Origin: a virus
Lineage: Duplodnaviria; Caudoviricetes
DNA: 52,960 nt
Reading direction: 5' to 3' (one strand)
IMG/VR virus record: IMGVR_UViG_3300016656_000176
Span: 1 to 52,960 of that record
Numbering within the stretch: position 1 is the first letter of the stretch; every line of letters begins with the position of its first letter. The notes below the pieces were generated by a model, which was not told the DNA's origin, did not search any database, and worked only from the letters and a program-made list of their open reading frames with translations. Below are positions 1-7,493 of the stretch, one piece after another. Both the position numbers and the translations under genes were made by a program.

Positions 1-129
1 AGCGCTGCAGAACTCTTTCTGCCCCATCGGGTGCTCGATGGGCAACTTCAGGTATTCATTCCAAGCCTCTCCCAGCATCTGAGCAACCTTGGCTTCTTGA
101 TCAGTCAACTCAGCAGCTGCGGTGGCCAT
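1..129 (-). CDS. Phage hypothetical protein (truncated by window edge)
   Basis: ATG at 129 after GAGGA SD; MATAAAELTDQEAKVAQMLGEAWNEYL, open to the window edge. Confidence 0.6.
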   Translation of the reverse strand, partial: MATAAAELTDQEAKVAQMLGEAWNEYLKLPIEHPMGQKEFCSA

Positions 130-131
130 TT

Positions 132-1427
132 TTAATCCTCACCTATGGTTGTTTTCTGAATAGCGCTGCAAGCCACGCCGTTAGTGGCTTCCAGCGTATT
201 ACCGGATTCTCCGAATCTAACGCCTGTCTGCCCGTGGATCAGGCTGAAACCCTTCTGGTCTAGATGGGCGTGCCACTTTTCCAGCGCGTCACGCTTGCGG
301 CCCATCACGTCCGACTGGATGTACACCTTCACGTTGTGACCCATCGCGTGATTGATCAGCAGTTCACCTATCAGGTGGTCGATGCCGAGGTCTGCCCAGC
401 CGGTACGGGCCACCTTGCGCAGGTCGTGACTGGTCCACTCGCCCTTCCCCAGCCGGGTGAACACAGCACTGGCCTGCCCTTCGCTCAAGGCCTTTCCGTT
501 GCGTGCCGGGAACAGGTACTGGCCGTCATAGCCACGGGCGGTTTGTATTTCGCGGTACTGGATCAACAGGCTGCGCACCTGGTCGGTCAATGGCAGGTGA
601 TGCTCCACGCCGGTCTTGGTGTGCTCCGCTGGAATGAACCACTCGCGTTCGGCCAGGCTGATATGCGGCCAGCGCGCTTGCCGGGTCTCCCCGATCCGGG
701 TGCCATGGCACAACATCATCAACGCAAGCATGGCGTCAGCCGGATCGCTCGTCATGGCCCGGCCCAGTTCGCCCAGCAGATCCTGCAACTGCACACCGCG
801 CAGGCGCGACGGCTTGATCCCTACCTTGGCCTTGGAGAAGTCACTGAACTTGATGCCCGCCATTGGATTGGACGTGATCAGACCCAGCTTCAACGCCTGA
901 CGAAATGCCAGAGCCAGCAACTGGAACGCCAGGCGCACGTAATCGATTGAGAGGGATTCCTGCAGCGGCCACATGAACAGGGTATCGAGCGTGGCCTTGT
1001 TGACCTCAACCAGCGGCAAGTCACCCAGGCGCGGCAGCAGGTGGCACTTCATGGCCGAAGCACCGGTGTTCTTGCGCTTGGCCGACAAGCTGCGGTCGCG
1101 GGCCATGCGATCGGCATACCAGGTGAGCAGCTCACCAGTGGTGGCCCACTGGGAAATGGTCGAGCCCGCATCAGCAGATACACGCAGGCGCACGGCTGGC
1201 AGCTCGGCCAGAACCTGCTTGGCGCTCAAGTCCGGAAAGGCTCCAATGCGGTGCCAGCGGCGCTTGCTGAGCAAGTACCAGGAGCCACGGGTGCGATTCT
1301 TGGAGAAGCGAAAGTGCAACGCCGGGTGACCGGCATCCCGCAGGTCGCGCACATGCTCAAGCTTCGCATTGCGCCCAATCTCCGCGTCGGACAGCTTCAC
1401 GGTCAGGGTTTTGATTTTGGTGTTCAA
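132..1427 (-). CDS. Tyrosine recombinase (second integrase-like gene, in the replication operon)
   Basis: 431 aa; HGTRIGET (R), HTKT (K), SHDLRK (HxxR), INH, VYIQ (Y); N-terminal arm-binding-like domain. Confidence 0.9.
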   Translation of the reverse strand: MNTKIKTLTVKLSDAEIGRNAKLEHVRDLRDAGHPALHFRFSKNRTRGSWYLLSKRRWHRIGAFPDLSAKQVLAELPAVRLRVSADAGSTISQWATTGELLTWYADRMARDRSLSAKRKNTGASAMKCHLLPRLGDLPLVEVNKATLDTLFMWPLQESLSIDYVRLAFQLLALAFRQALKLGLITSNPMAGIKFSDFSKAKVGIKPSRLRGVQLQDLLGELGRAMTSDPADAMLALMMLCHGTRIGETRQARWPHISLAEREWFIPAEHTKTGVEHHLPLTDQVRSLLIQYREIQTARGYDGQYLFPARNGKALSEGQASAVFTRLGKGEWTSHDLRKVARTGWADLGIDHLIGELLINHAMGHNVKVYIQSDVMGRKRDALEKWHAHLDQKGFSLIHGQTGVRFGESGNTLEATNGVACSAIQKTTIGED

Positions 1428-1633
1428 CGGTCACCTTCCTGCTGGGGTTGCCGGTCGACAACCTCGTAAGTGGTTGGCCACATCAGGCGACCAAACGTGT
1501 GTGCCGCACTTTCATGCTCAAACAGGGCCACGGCCCGGTCGGGTTTGTGGCTCAAGTCGAGCTTGTACGAGCAGCAGTGAACGGCCCAGCGATAGGCACT
1601 CAGTTCAACCGGGGCCAGATGAGGGTTAGGCAT
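1424..1633 (-). CDS. Phage hypothetical protein
   Basis: MPNPHLAPVEL...; overlaps the P stop and the recombinase start. Confidence 0.65.
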   Translation of the reverse strand: MPNPHLAPVELSAYRWAVHCCSYKLDLSHKPDRAVALFEHESAAHTFGRLMWPTTYEVVDRQPQQEGDR

Positions 1634-2321
1634 GCGCTGCACCTCCCGAACGCATGGCCCGCAGCGCCGCCAGAGCCTTATTGCCCACTTCGGGCGCGCT
1701 GCGCTCAATGGCCCGTGGCGGCAAAGCTAATGGCATTTTCTGCAACGGCAAACCCGCCAGAATGCGGCGCACCGTGATCGTGTAATTGCGCTCAAACAGC
1801 TTGATGCTCAGGTCGTGGGACAGCCGGTTGAGGTTTTCAAATCCGCACTCTTTGGCCGTGTGCCACACCGCATCGTGAGACCACTTGGCCTGGCCAGCCA
1901 TCGACGGATGAGCGTTACGGCAAGCCTCATGGTGAGCCGCTGCCAACCTCGGCAGGCCCAGCATTTCCGCTGTGGGGGTGCACCATTCGATGAACGTACC
2001 AACGTGCGGCACAAAGTCTTTTTTCGCTTGGCGAGCACGCATCAGACCAAAACGAAGTTGCTCTGTACTGCAGATCGCAGCCTCAAGAAACCCTTGCATC
2101 CACTGTTGTTTGGCCGCTTTGTAGGTCGCCATGTCGGGCCACGCTTGCTTCCACGCTGGGAAGATCGAGCGAAGCTCACGGAACAGACCGTTGATGACTT
2201 TGGCCGTGGCCTGGGACAGCTCGGCGGCGGGCTGGATATGTTCGCTTTCACCGGCAGCGATGAACTGGCCGGTTTGAACCTTGGCCCACAGGCCGGTGGC
2301 GATTACTGAAACTTGATTCAT
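1626..2321 (-). CDS. Replication protein P-like (helicase loader)
   Basis: LRSIFPAWKQAW...AKQQW motif; follows the initiator; near-identical copy at 42026-42721. Confidence 0.8.
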   Translation of the reverse strand: MNQVSVIATGLWAKVQTGQFIAAGESEHIQPAAELSQATAKVINGLFRELRSIFPAWKQAWPDMATYKAAKQQWMQGFLEAAICSTEQLRFGLMRARQAKKDFVPHVGTFIEWCTPTAEMLGLPRLAAAHHEACRNAHPSMAGQAKWSHDAVWHTAKECGFENLNRLSHDLSIKLFERNYTITVRRILAGLPLQKMPLALPPRAIERSAPEVGNKALAALRAMRSGGAAHA

Positions 2322-3091
2322 TGGGTGGCCTCCTGATGCAGCCAGTCGGTGTTTTCATCGTCAAAGGGCTCGTCAGAACGGGGCTTGCCCGGGAAGCGGC
2401 TGACGTTGGTTCCGGCGGTCTTGACCTGATCACGCTGCACCCACTTGACCAGCATGCTCACCCACTCGGCCTGGGTGTTGATCACACCCTTCGGCTCGTA
2501 GTGGCAGGTGAACAGGGCAATCACCGCTGGAGTGAACAGAGCGCCAGACAGGCCAACGTGAACGGCATAGGTTTTTAGGGTTTCTGGATCGGGCAACCAG
2601 TCCAGGGTCATGGCGACCATTTCGCGTGGATCGAACGGCTCGTGCGCGTTGGGTGGGTTTTCTCCCTTATATTCCCCTTCCCTTCCGGGGGTGAGGGCTC
2701 GTCTAGGCTCTGGCGGTTCCTCGGCGAGGGCTCGTCGAGCACTCTCCGAATTAGCGTCGATAGTCAGTCGATATGCAGGGTGTTTAATCGTCGGCCGATC
2801 GATCTTTTGATGCTTCCAGCCGTTGACGTGCAGGTACTCTTTACACGACACCTCGTAGAGGTCGATCAGCCCGTTCATTGACAGCTCGGCGAGCAGTTCA
2901 GCGACTTTCGCCGAGGTGATGTCATCGCCTGGGAACACCAGAGCCTTCAGGGTCTTGGCCGACATGGGGTGGTTGCCTGCGTCGTCGCAGAAATTCCACA
3001 CGCCGATAAACAACAGGCGTGCCAAAGGGCTGCATTCCATGACCTGTTCACTGGTCCAGAACTCGGGTTTGATCGTGCGGATGCGGGCCAT
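2318..3091 (-). CDS. Phage replication initiator with C-terminal DnaT-like domain
   Basis: MARIRTIKPEFWTSEQV...LLFIGVWNFCDDAG N-terminus; O-gene position; internal repeats. Confidence 0.8.
   Translation of the reverse strand: MARIRTIKPEFWTSEQVMECSPLARLLFIGVWNFCDDAGNHPMSAKTLKALVFPGDDITSAKVAELLAELSMNGLIDLYEVSCKEYLHVNGWKHQKIDRPTIKHPAYRLTIDANSESARRALAEEPPEPRRALTPGREGEYKGENPPNAHEPFDPREMVAMTLDWLPDPETLKTYAVHVGLSGALFTPAVIALFTCHYEPKGVINTQAEWVSMLVKWVQRDQVKTAGTNVSRFPGKPRSDEPFDDENTDWLHQEATQ
2693..2769. repeat. Putative origin iterons (seven degenerate tandem 11-mers)
   Basis: GAGGGCTCGTC exact at 2693 and 2726 within an 11-bp periodic tract inside rep. Confidence 0.55.
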
Positions 3092-3180
3092 TACACGGCC
3101 TCCTGTGCGGCGGACGTGTGGAAGCGGAGAAGCCGAGCTGTAGGGTTAGAGGTATTGCTTGATGATCGACCTGTGCTCAT
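3091..3180 (-). CDS. 29-aa leader peptide coupled to rep
   Basis: GGGAG SD; MSTGRSSSNTS...AV*; TAATG overlap with rep; counterpart at 43512-43574. Confidence 0.5.
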   Translation of the reverse strand: MSTGRSSSNTSNPTARLLRFHTSAAQEAV

Positions 3181-3183
3181 ACT
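3155..3183 (+). promoter_or_regulatory. Antisense sigma70 promoter (pOOP-like)
   Basis: TTGCTT-N17-CATACT; prophage B has TTGCTT-N17-CATAAT. Confidence 0.65.
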
Positions 3184-3189
3184 GACTCC

Positions 3190-3234
3190 CGTAAATGTTG
3201 TTTTGAGGCCGACCTGATCCGTCGGCCTTTTTTT
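3190..3234 (+). ncRNA. ~45-nt OOP-like antisense RNA
   Basis: Between the promoter and terminator AGGCCGAC-7-GTCGGCCT-T6. Confidence 0.55.
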
Positions 3235-3250
3235 GCCTGCGATTTGACAA

Positions 3251-3266
3251 CTGGATGAATTAACAG
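3251..3266. promoter_or_regulatory. LexA (SOS) box
   Basis: CTGGATGAATTAACAG = CTG-N10-CAG; conserved at 43645-43660. Confidence 0.65.
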
Positions 3267-3344
3267 CTAATCCCAGGCGCTACCGCTTAATTGCAAGCAA
3301 GGTGATAATTCACGTCCCAGATAGCTCCGTGCTGCGATGCTGGG

Positions 3345-3554
3345 TTAGGCGGCGGATATCTTGGCTTCGTGCGACGGATCATCAGAGCGACACGCGATGA
3401 GCTGTCCTCTCGACTCTTTCTCCAGTACGCACTGCATTGGATAGGAGAAACCACCTGCTGCGCGGCATTGCGAAACACGCCCCCCACTCACGCCAAGGGC
3501 TTCTCCGATGGATCGGCCTGAGCCGAAAAACTTCAGGGCTTGGTCGTAGGTCAT
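3345..3554 (-). CDS. cro: Cro-like HTH repressor (all-alpha type)
   Basis: 69 aa, divergent from cI; GSGRSIGEALGVSGGRVSQ HTH. Confidence 0.8.
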   Translation of the reverse strand: MTYDQALKFFGSGRSIGEALGVSGGRVSQCRAAGGFSYPMQCVLEKESRGQLIACRSDDPSHEAKISAA

Positions 3555-3579
3555 TAATCAACTCTCCTGTCTTACCGGG

Positions 3580-3643
3580 AGTTTAGAAAAATTAACAACT
3601 AAAGGCAAGTTATCTAAACAGCGCAATGTTTAGAATTCTAAAT
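3580..3643. promoter_or_regulatory. OR region: PR and three operators
   Basis: 17-bp sites at 3581, 3603, 3627 resembling TGTTAAGTTTTCTAAAT; PR on minus strand TTGCCT-N17-TAAACT; TAGAAT 7 nt before ATG 3644 suggests leaderless cI. Confidence 0.7.
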
Positions 3644-4321
3644 ATGGAATTTAAAGATCGGCTGAAAACGCGGATGGATACCTTGGGTATTCGTGCCACG
3701 GACATAAGTGAACGCCTGAAGGTTTCCAGGGCTACTGTTTCGTTCTGGATGAACGGGACGAATGGCGCGAAAGGGAAAAACTTACTGGCATTGGCAGAGA
3801 TGCTTGAGTGCCTGCCTAACTGGCTTGAGACCGGCAAGGGACCAATGTCCAGAGGCGCTCCAGACCAGCCAAACGGATCTCCTAGCGGTAAGGATTACGC
3901 CCTCATCCCACAATTCAGCGCAAAGGCTGACTGTGGCGCTGGATACCTGAATGAGCACGTCGAGTTAACCGAAGGCCTTGCATTCAAGCGGGACTGGCTC
4001 AAGCGCATTAATGCCAAGCCGGAAAACTTGTATGTCATCTATGCTAGCGGCGACAGCATGGAGCCTTACATCTTCGAGGGCGATGTAGTGCTGTTCGATA
4101 CGTCGCAAACAGAGCCAAAAGACAAGCAGGTGTACGTCATACGGCGTCCTGACGGCGGCAACAGCATCAAGCGTTTGACGCAGCAGTTGTCTGGGGTTTG
4201 GGTAATTAGAAGCGACAATCCTGACAAAAATGCCAACCCAGACGAACTTGCTTCCGAAGAATCAATTCACGACATGCCAATTTTGGGTCGTGTCATATGG
4301 CGCGGCGGCGGCGTAGGGTAA
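3644..4321 (+). CDS. cI: CI repressor (HTH + S24 autopeptidase)
   Basis: N-terminal HTH; GDSMEP catalytic Ser, IKRL Lys; start at 3644 or 3626. Confidence 0.9.
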   Translation: MEFKDRLKTRMDTLGIRATDISERLKVSRATVSFWMNGTNGAKGKNLLALAEMLECLPNWLETGKGPMSRGAPDQPNGSPSGKDYALIPQFSAKADCGAGYLNEHVELTEGLAFKRDWLKRINAKPENLYVIYASGDSMEPYIFEGDVVLFDTSQTEPKDKQVYVIRRPDGGNSIKRLTQQLSGVWVIRSDNPDKNANPDELASEESIHDMPILGRVIWRGGGVG

Positions 4322-4372
4322 ACACCTGTCGCGGCTGCAGTATTGAAAACTTATTCCCGGAAACGGTACTCC

Positions 4373-4684
4373 ATGCGAAAACTCATAGTTGCCGGCCTGA
4401 TTGCCATCATCGCAATTGCCGTCTACACGCAAATCACTATATTTGTGGTTCCGCCGATCGGCGCAGTACCGGAAGGCCGCACCGTGATAATGCTTCGGCT
4501 GAATAAGACCAACTTCATCGACAGCGCCGACGCAATTTGTGAGCGCATCCAAGGCAACGTGAATCTTCTTTGCCGGGGAATGACTATGGCCGGGGTCGTT
4601 AACAACACAAAAATTATTGCTCGCCTTCCCTACTCCGAATGGCTTTACCTGATTTCAACGGGCGGCAAGCGGTACGACCACTAG
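4373..4684 (+). CDS. Small membrane-anchored protein in the immunity region
   Basis: MRKLIVAGLIAIIAIAVY hydrophobic N-terminus. Confidence 0.7.
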   Translation: MRKLIVAGLIAIIAIAVYTQITIFVVPPIGAVPEGRTVIMLRLNKTNFIDSADAICERIQGNVNLLCRGMTMAGVVNNTKIIARLPYSEWLYLISTGGKRYDH

Positions 4685-4861
4685 ATCAGCTCAGGGCTTT
4701 CAAGATTCTCTCAAGCCTCTCGATGCTAGCCCGCCTGCCCTCCACAGGCAGGATTTTTTGTGACTACTACTTTATCGGCCAACCGATACGCCTACCCCGC
4801 CCAATGGTGGCCGTGCGCCATTAATGATAGAGTCCAGGCTAAATTTTAGGAGGTCTCCATC

Positions 4862-5479
4862 TTGAAAATTGCCATGCATTCCATCGCTCTTGCGGCTGCC
4901 TTTGCACTATCCACTAATGCCAATGCCGAGGTTGCTGAGAAAGAAGTGATTCAATGCGCCGCGGTAGAGAATAGCGTTGAGAGGCTTTCTTGCTATGACG
5001 CTCTAGCAGATGGGAAGGGCTTATCGAAGCAAACTGTATCCACGCAATCTGTTGGCAAAGGGAAGTGGAGCACCTCTACCAAAACAGACCCTCTAACCGA
5101 TCAATCGATCTACATTGCAATGCTCGACGCCGAAAGCGGGTCAGGCAGGTACGGTGGGCGCGTAGGCATGGTAGTGCGCTGCTCGAAGAACACTACTGAG
5201 TGGTATGTAAACTGGAATTCATTTCTAGGGATTGATGAGACAACTATTACGCACCGCGTAGGTAAATCAAAAGCTCAGCGGCACTCATGGGTCGTTTCGA
5301 CGGACCATAAATCCTCCTTCTATCCTAGTTCTCCGGTCCCAATTCTGAAAGAGATGATGAAGAGCGATTCCCTTGTGGCCAATGTCACGCCCTACGGCGA
5401 AAACCCTTTAACTGCTTCGTTCAACATCTCGGGCGCCGAAGCCGCACTAGCTGACATTCGTAAAGGGTGCGGCTGGTAG
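4862..5479 (+). CDS. Exported protein resembling the T6SS-associated TagO/VasI family
   Basis: Signal peptide; CAAVENSVERLSCYD and VVRC motifs; AGGAGG SD before TTG. Confidence 0.6.
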   Translation: MKIAMHSIALAAAFALSTNANAEVAEKEVIQCAAVENSVERLSCYDALADGKGLSKQTVSTQSVGKGKWSTSTKTDPLTDQSIYIAMLDAESGSGRYGGRVGMVVRCSKNTTEWYVNWNSFLGIDETTITHRVGKSKAQRHSWVVSTDHKSSFYPSSPVPILKEMMKSDSLVANVTPYGENPLTASFNISGAEAALADIRKGCGW

Positions 5480-5498
5480 ACATTCTCTCTCATCACAC

Positions 5499-5523
5499 AG
5501 CCCGCCATTGAGCGGGCTTTTTT
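5499..5523 (+). terminator. Rho-independent terminator
   Basis: AGCCCGC-CATTGA-GCGGGCT followed by a T run. Confidence 0.8.
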
Positions 5524-5552
5524 ATGGATCCGAAATCTCTCAACAATTTATT

Positions 5553-5605
5553 TGTTAAGTTTTCTTAATTACCCTCTTGACGAAATCTGTTAAGTTTTCT
5601 AAATT
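5553..5605 (+). promoter_or_regulatory. PL-equivalent promoter with two operators
   Basis: TTGACG-N17-TAAATT; TGTTAAGTTTTCT(T/A)AAT at 5553 and 5588. Confidence 0.8.
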
Positions 5606-5636
5606 ACATCCATCACAGCAACACACTGCAGCGACC

Positions 5637-5648
5637 CGCTCTTTAACA
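5637..5648 (+). promoter_or_regulatory. boxA antitermination element
   Basis: CGCTCTTTAACA; identical at 46628. Confidence 0.8.
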
Positions 5649-5764
5649 ACCTGCATACGCACCCTGACGCCATACGGCATTTGAGTTCAGGGAACAGCAC
5701 TCAATACAGCCTGCTTCCGTGACCGGTAACTCGGCGCACAAGGTTTGCTGGCAACACCGGACAC

Positions 5765-5810
5765 TTTCACTGCTGCACCTGGCTTGCCGGGTGTATCGGG
5801 AAAACAACCG
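5765..5810 (+). repeat. 46-bp hairpin element (copy 1 of 3)
   Basis: TTTCRCTG-N24 hairpin-CGGGAAARCAACCG; also at 46756 and 47128. Confidence 0.7.
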
Positions 5811-5820
5811 AGTAGACATC

Positions 5821-6204
5821 ATGGAATCGACAATCGTAGACGGTGCATGGAAGGGCCACCTCGGCCGAGGCCTTGCGCCACGGGAACTGCAGTTCGTGCT
5901 CTCAGTTGCCCAGGGACTTACCGCCAAAGAGATCGCCAGAGCCTTCGACATTGCGCCGGGCACCGTGGTCAAGCGATTGGCCTGCGCCATGTACAAGCTT
6001 GGCGTGCACCGCCAGGGCGCGATGGTCGCCGAAGCGATGCGCCGACAGATCATCACCCCTCTCTGCTTGCTGCTGGTCGCAGTGATGACGATGCAAGGTC
6101 TTGATGACAGCGGGATGGCTAGACGTGATCGCCGCCCAACTGAGCGACGAGGCGGCGAATTGAGAATGACACGCCGCGCGGATTCTTTTGATCTGGTCGG
6201 GTAA
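5821..6204 (+). CDS. LuxR/GerE-type HTH protein with hydrophobic segment and Arg-rich tail
   Basis: LAPRELQFVLSVAQGLTAKEIARAFDIAPGTV...KLGV; homolog at 47184. Confidence 0.8.
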   Translation: MESTIVDGAWKGHLGRGLAPRELQFVLSVAQGLTAKEIARAFDIAPGTVVKRLACAMYKLGVHRQGAMVAEAMRRQIITPLCLLLVAVMTMQGLDDSGMARRDRRPTERRGGELRMTRRADSFDLVG

Positions 6205-6274
6205 ACCGAATCAACCAGCGCCACGACAGCCTGTCGCTAACTGCCCGAGCACCTGGTACTCCCCAGCACCAGGA

Positions 6275-6477
6275 CGCATCGGAGTGTGATCTGAATGCGC
6301 AGGCTGATGCGCAGGATCTTGGGTAATCCTGCTGTGATGGCAGGGACATTGGGTAGAGGTCAGTGGCTGGCATCGCGAAAGCGGTGAAATCAATTCCAGA
6401 GCAACCGCAGGCAGACATCTACAGCCGACCGACCAAAATGCCGGGAATCAGTGCCGGTCAGATCACACCCCGATACG
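6275..6477 (+). ncRNA. Candidate tRNA-shaped structured RNA
   Basis: 18/20 closing stem, two small arms with complementary loops, GAAA tetraloop hairpin; no convincing ORF. Confidence 0.6.
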
Positions 6478-6550
6478 GACGCCAACCCAGCAGACGCTGG
6501 ACACCTGCATCACCCCTTCCCTGCTGACGATCAAAACGGAGGATTCAGCC

Positions 6551-6562
6551 ATGCACAAGTAA
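6551..6562 (+). other. Minigene ATG CAC AAG TAA
   Basis: GGAGG SD; equivalent minigene at 48157. Confidence 0.5.
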
Positions 6563-6626
6563 CCAGTGATGGGCACGCCCATACAGCCTTGCTCTTACAT
6601 ACGGCGGCGTTTTAAGAGTGCAACAC

Positions 6627-6650
6627 AGCCCGGTTTCGACTGGGCTTTTT
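6627..6650 (+). terminator. tL1-like terminator
   Basis: AGCCCGGT-TTCG-ACTGGGCT-T run; identical at 48233. Confidence 0.8.
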
Positions 6651-6734
6651 CATGCCTGCAGTTATTCGTCAGCCCTCCCTTGTCGCAAGGCTTGAGCGCT
6701 GACGAATACCCGTAACCCAAGTCGAGGATCGACC

Positions 6735-7082
6735 ATGCACCCATCAATCGCCCAGCGCATCACCGTTCTCGACGGGTTGCGCGCACGTGCTCACCAGGCC
6801 ACGGCCGAGTTCTACCAAAAGCCCGGCGTACAACCGCCACCGCTGGCCCCGCTGATCATCGTGCGGCCGAGCGGTAACAACACCTTTTCGCTGATCAATC
6901 GCGCTACTGGCGTGGTCGTAGCCGAGCGCTTCGGCCACAACAATGCCACTGCTCATGCTCGTGAGCTGGAGGCAAAAGAAGCGCAGTTCAACGTTAAGCA
7001 GTTCGGAAAATTCCTGAGCAGCTGGGCTTTGCGCTTTGGTATCACACTGACCGTGTTCGCCTTCTTCGGCAGTCACATGTGA
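6735..7082 (+). CDS. Phage protein with C-terminal hydrophobic helix
   Basis: GAGGA SD; homolog at 48341. Confidence 0.8.
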   Translation: MHPSIAQRITVLDGLRARAHQATAEFYQKPGVQPPPLAPLIIVRPSGNNTFSLINRATGVVVAERFGHNNATAHARELEAKEAQFNVKQFGKFLSSWALRFGITLTVFAFFGSHM

Positions 7083-7163
7083 AGCGCGTCAACGCATCCG
7101 CACAGCGACGCCTTCGCCAAACCCAACATCAATTGCCACCCAGCGGACTTGAAGAGGCAAGCC

Positions 7164-7412
7164 ATGGCCAAATCTGCAACCGAACGGAAGCGCGATCAAC
7201 GCGACCGCGACAAGCTGAGTGCGAAAGAAAAAGAAGCACTCCTGCTGTCACGAAAGATTGTCACAGCTCTTTATCACAACGATGACGCCGCGCTGAAACG
7301 AACCATGGCGCGCACCGGAATCGATGAGGAACAGGATCTGATATCGCGCTTCATTCGCGGCGCCGACCGCATGACTGATCAGCAATTGGCGGACTTTATC
7401 CGCCTTCTGTGA
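7164..7412 (+). CDS. Small basic phage protein
   Basis: MAKSATERKRDQRDRDK; GAGG SD. Confidence 0.7.
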   Translation: MAKSATERKRDQRDRDKLSAKEKEALLLSRKIVTALYHNDDAALKRTMARTGIDEEQDLISRFIRGADRMTDQQLADFIRLL

Positions 7413-7493
7413 CTGTCACGCCTGCATGTCACTAACGAGAAATAACCTCGCTGCATCCGGTCACGGAGGGCGGCGCCATCCCGAGGTAATACC

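Noticed and set aside
3244-3271. TTGACA-N16-GCTAAT as a LexA-repressed PRE-like promoter
   Set aside because: -10 is poor and B has TTGGCA; cannot be supported without TSS data
6296-6458. Canonical tRNA
   Set aside because: No TTC T-loop, no 7-nt anticodon loop, no CCA end; kept only as a tRNA-shaped RNA
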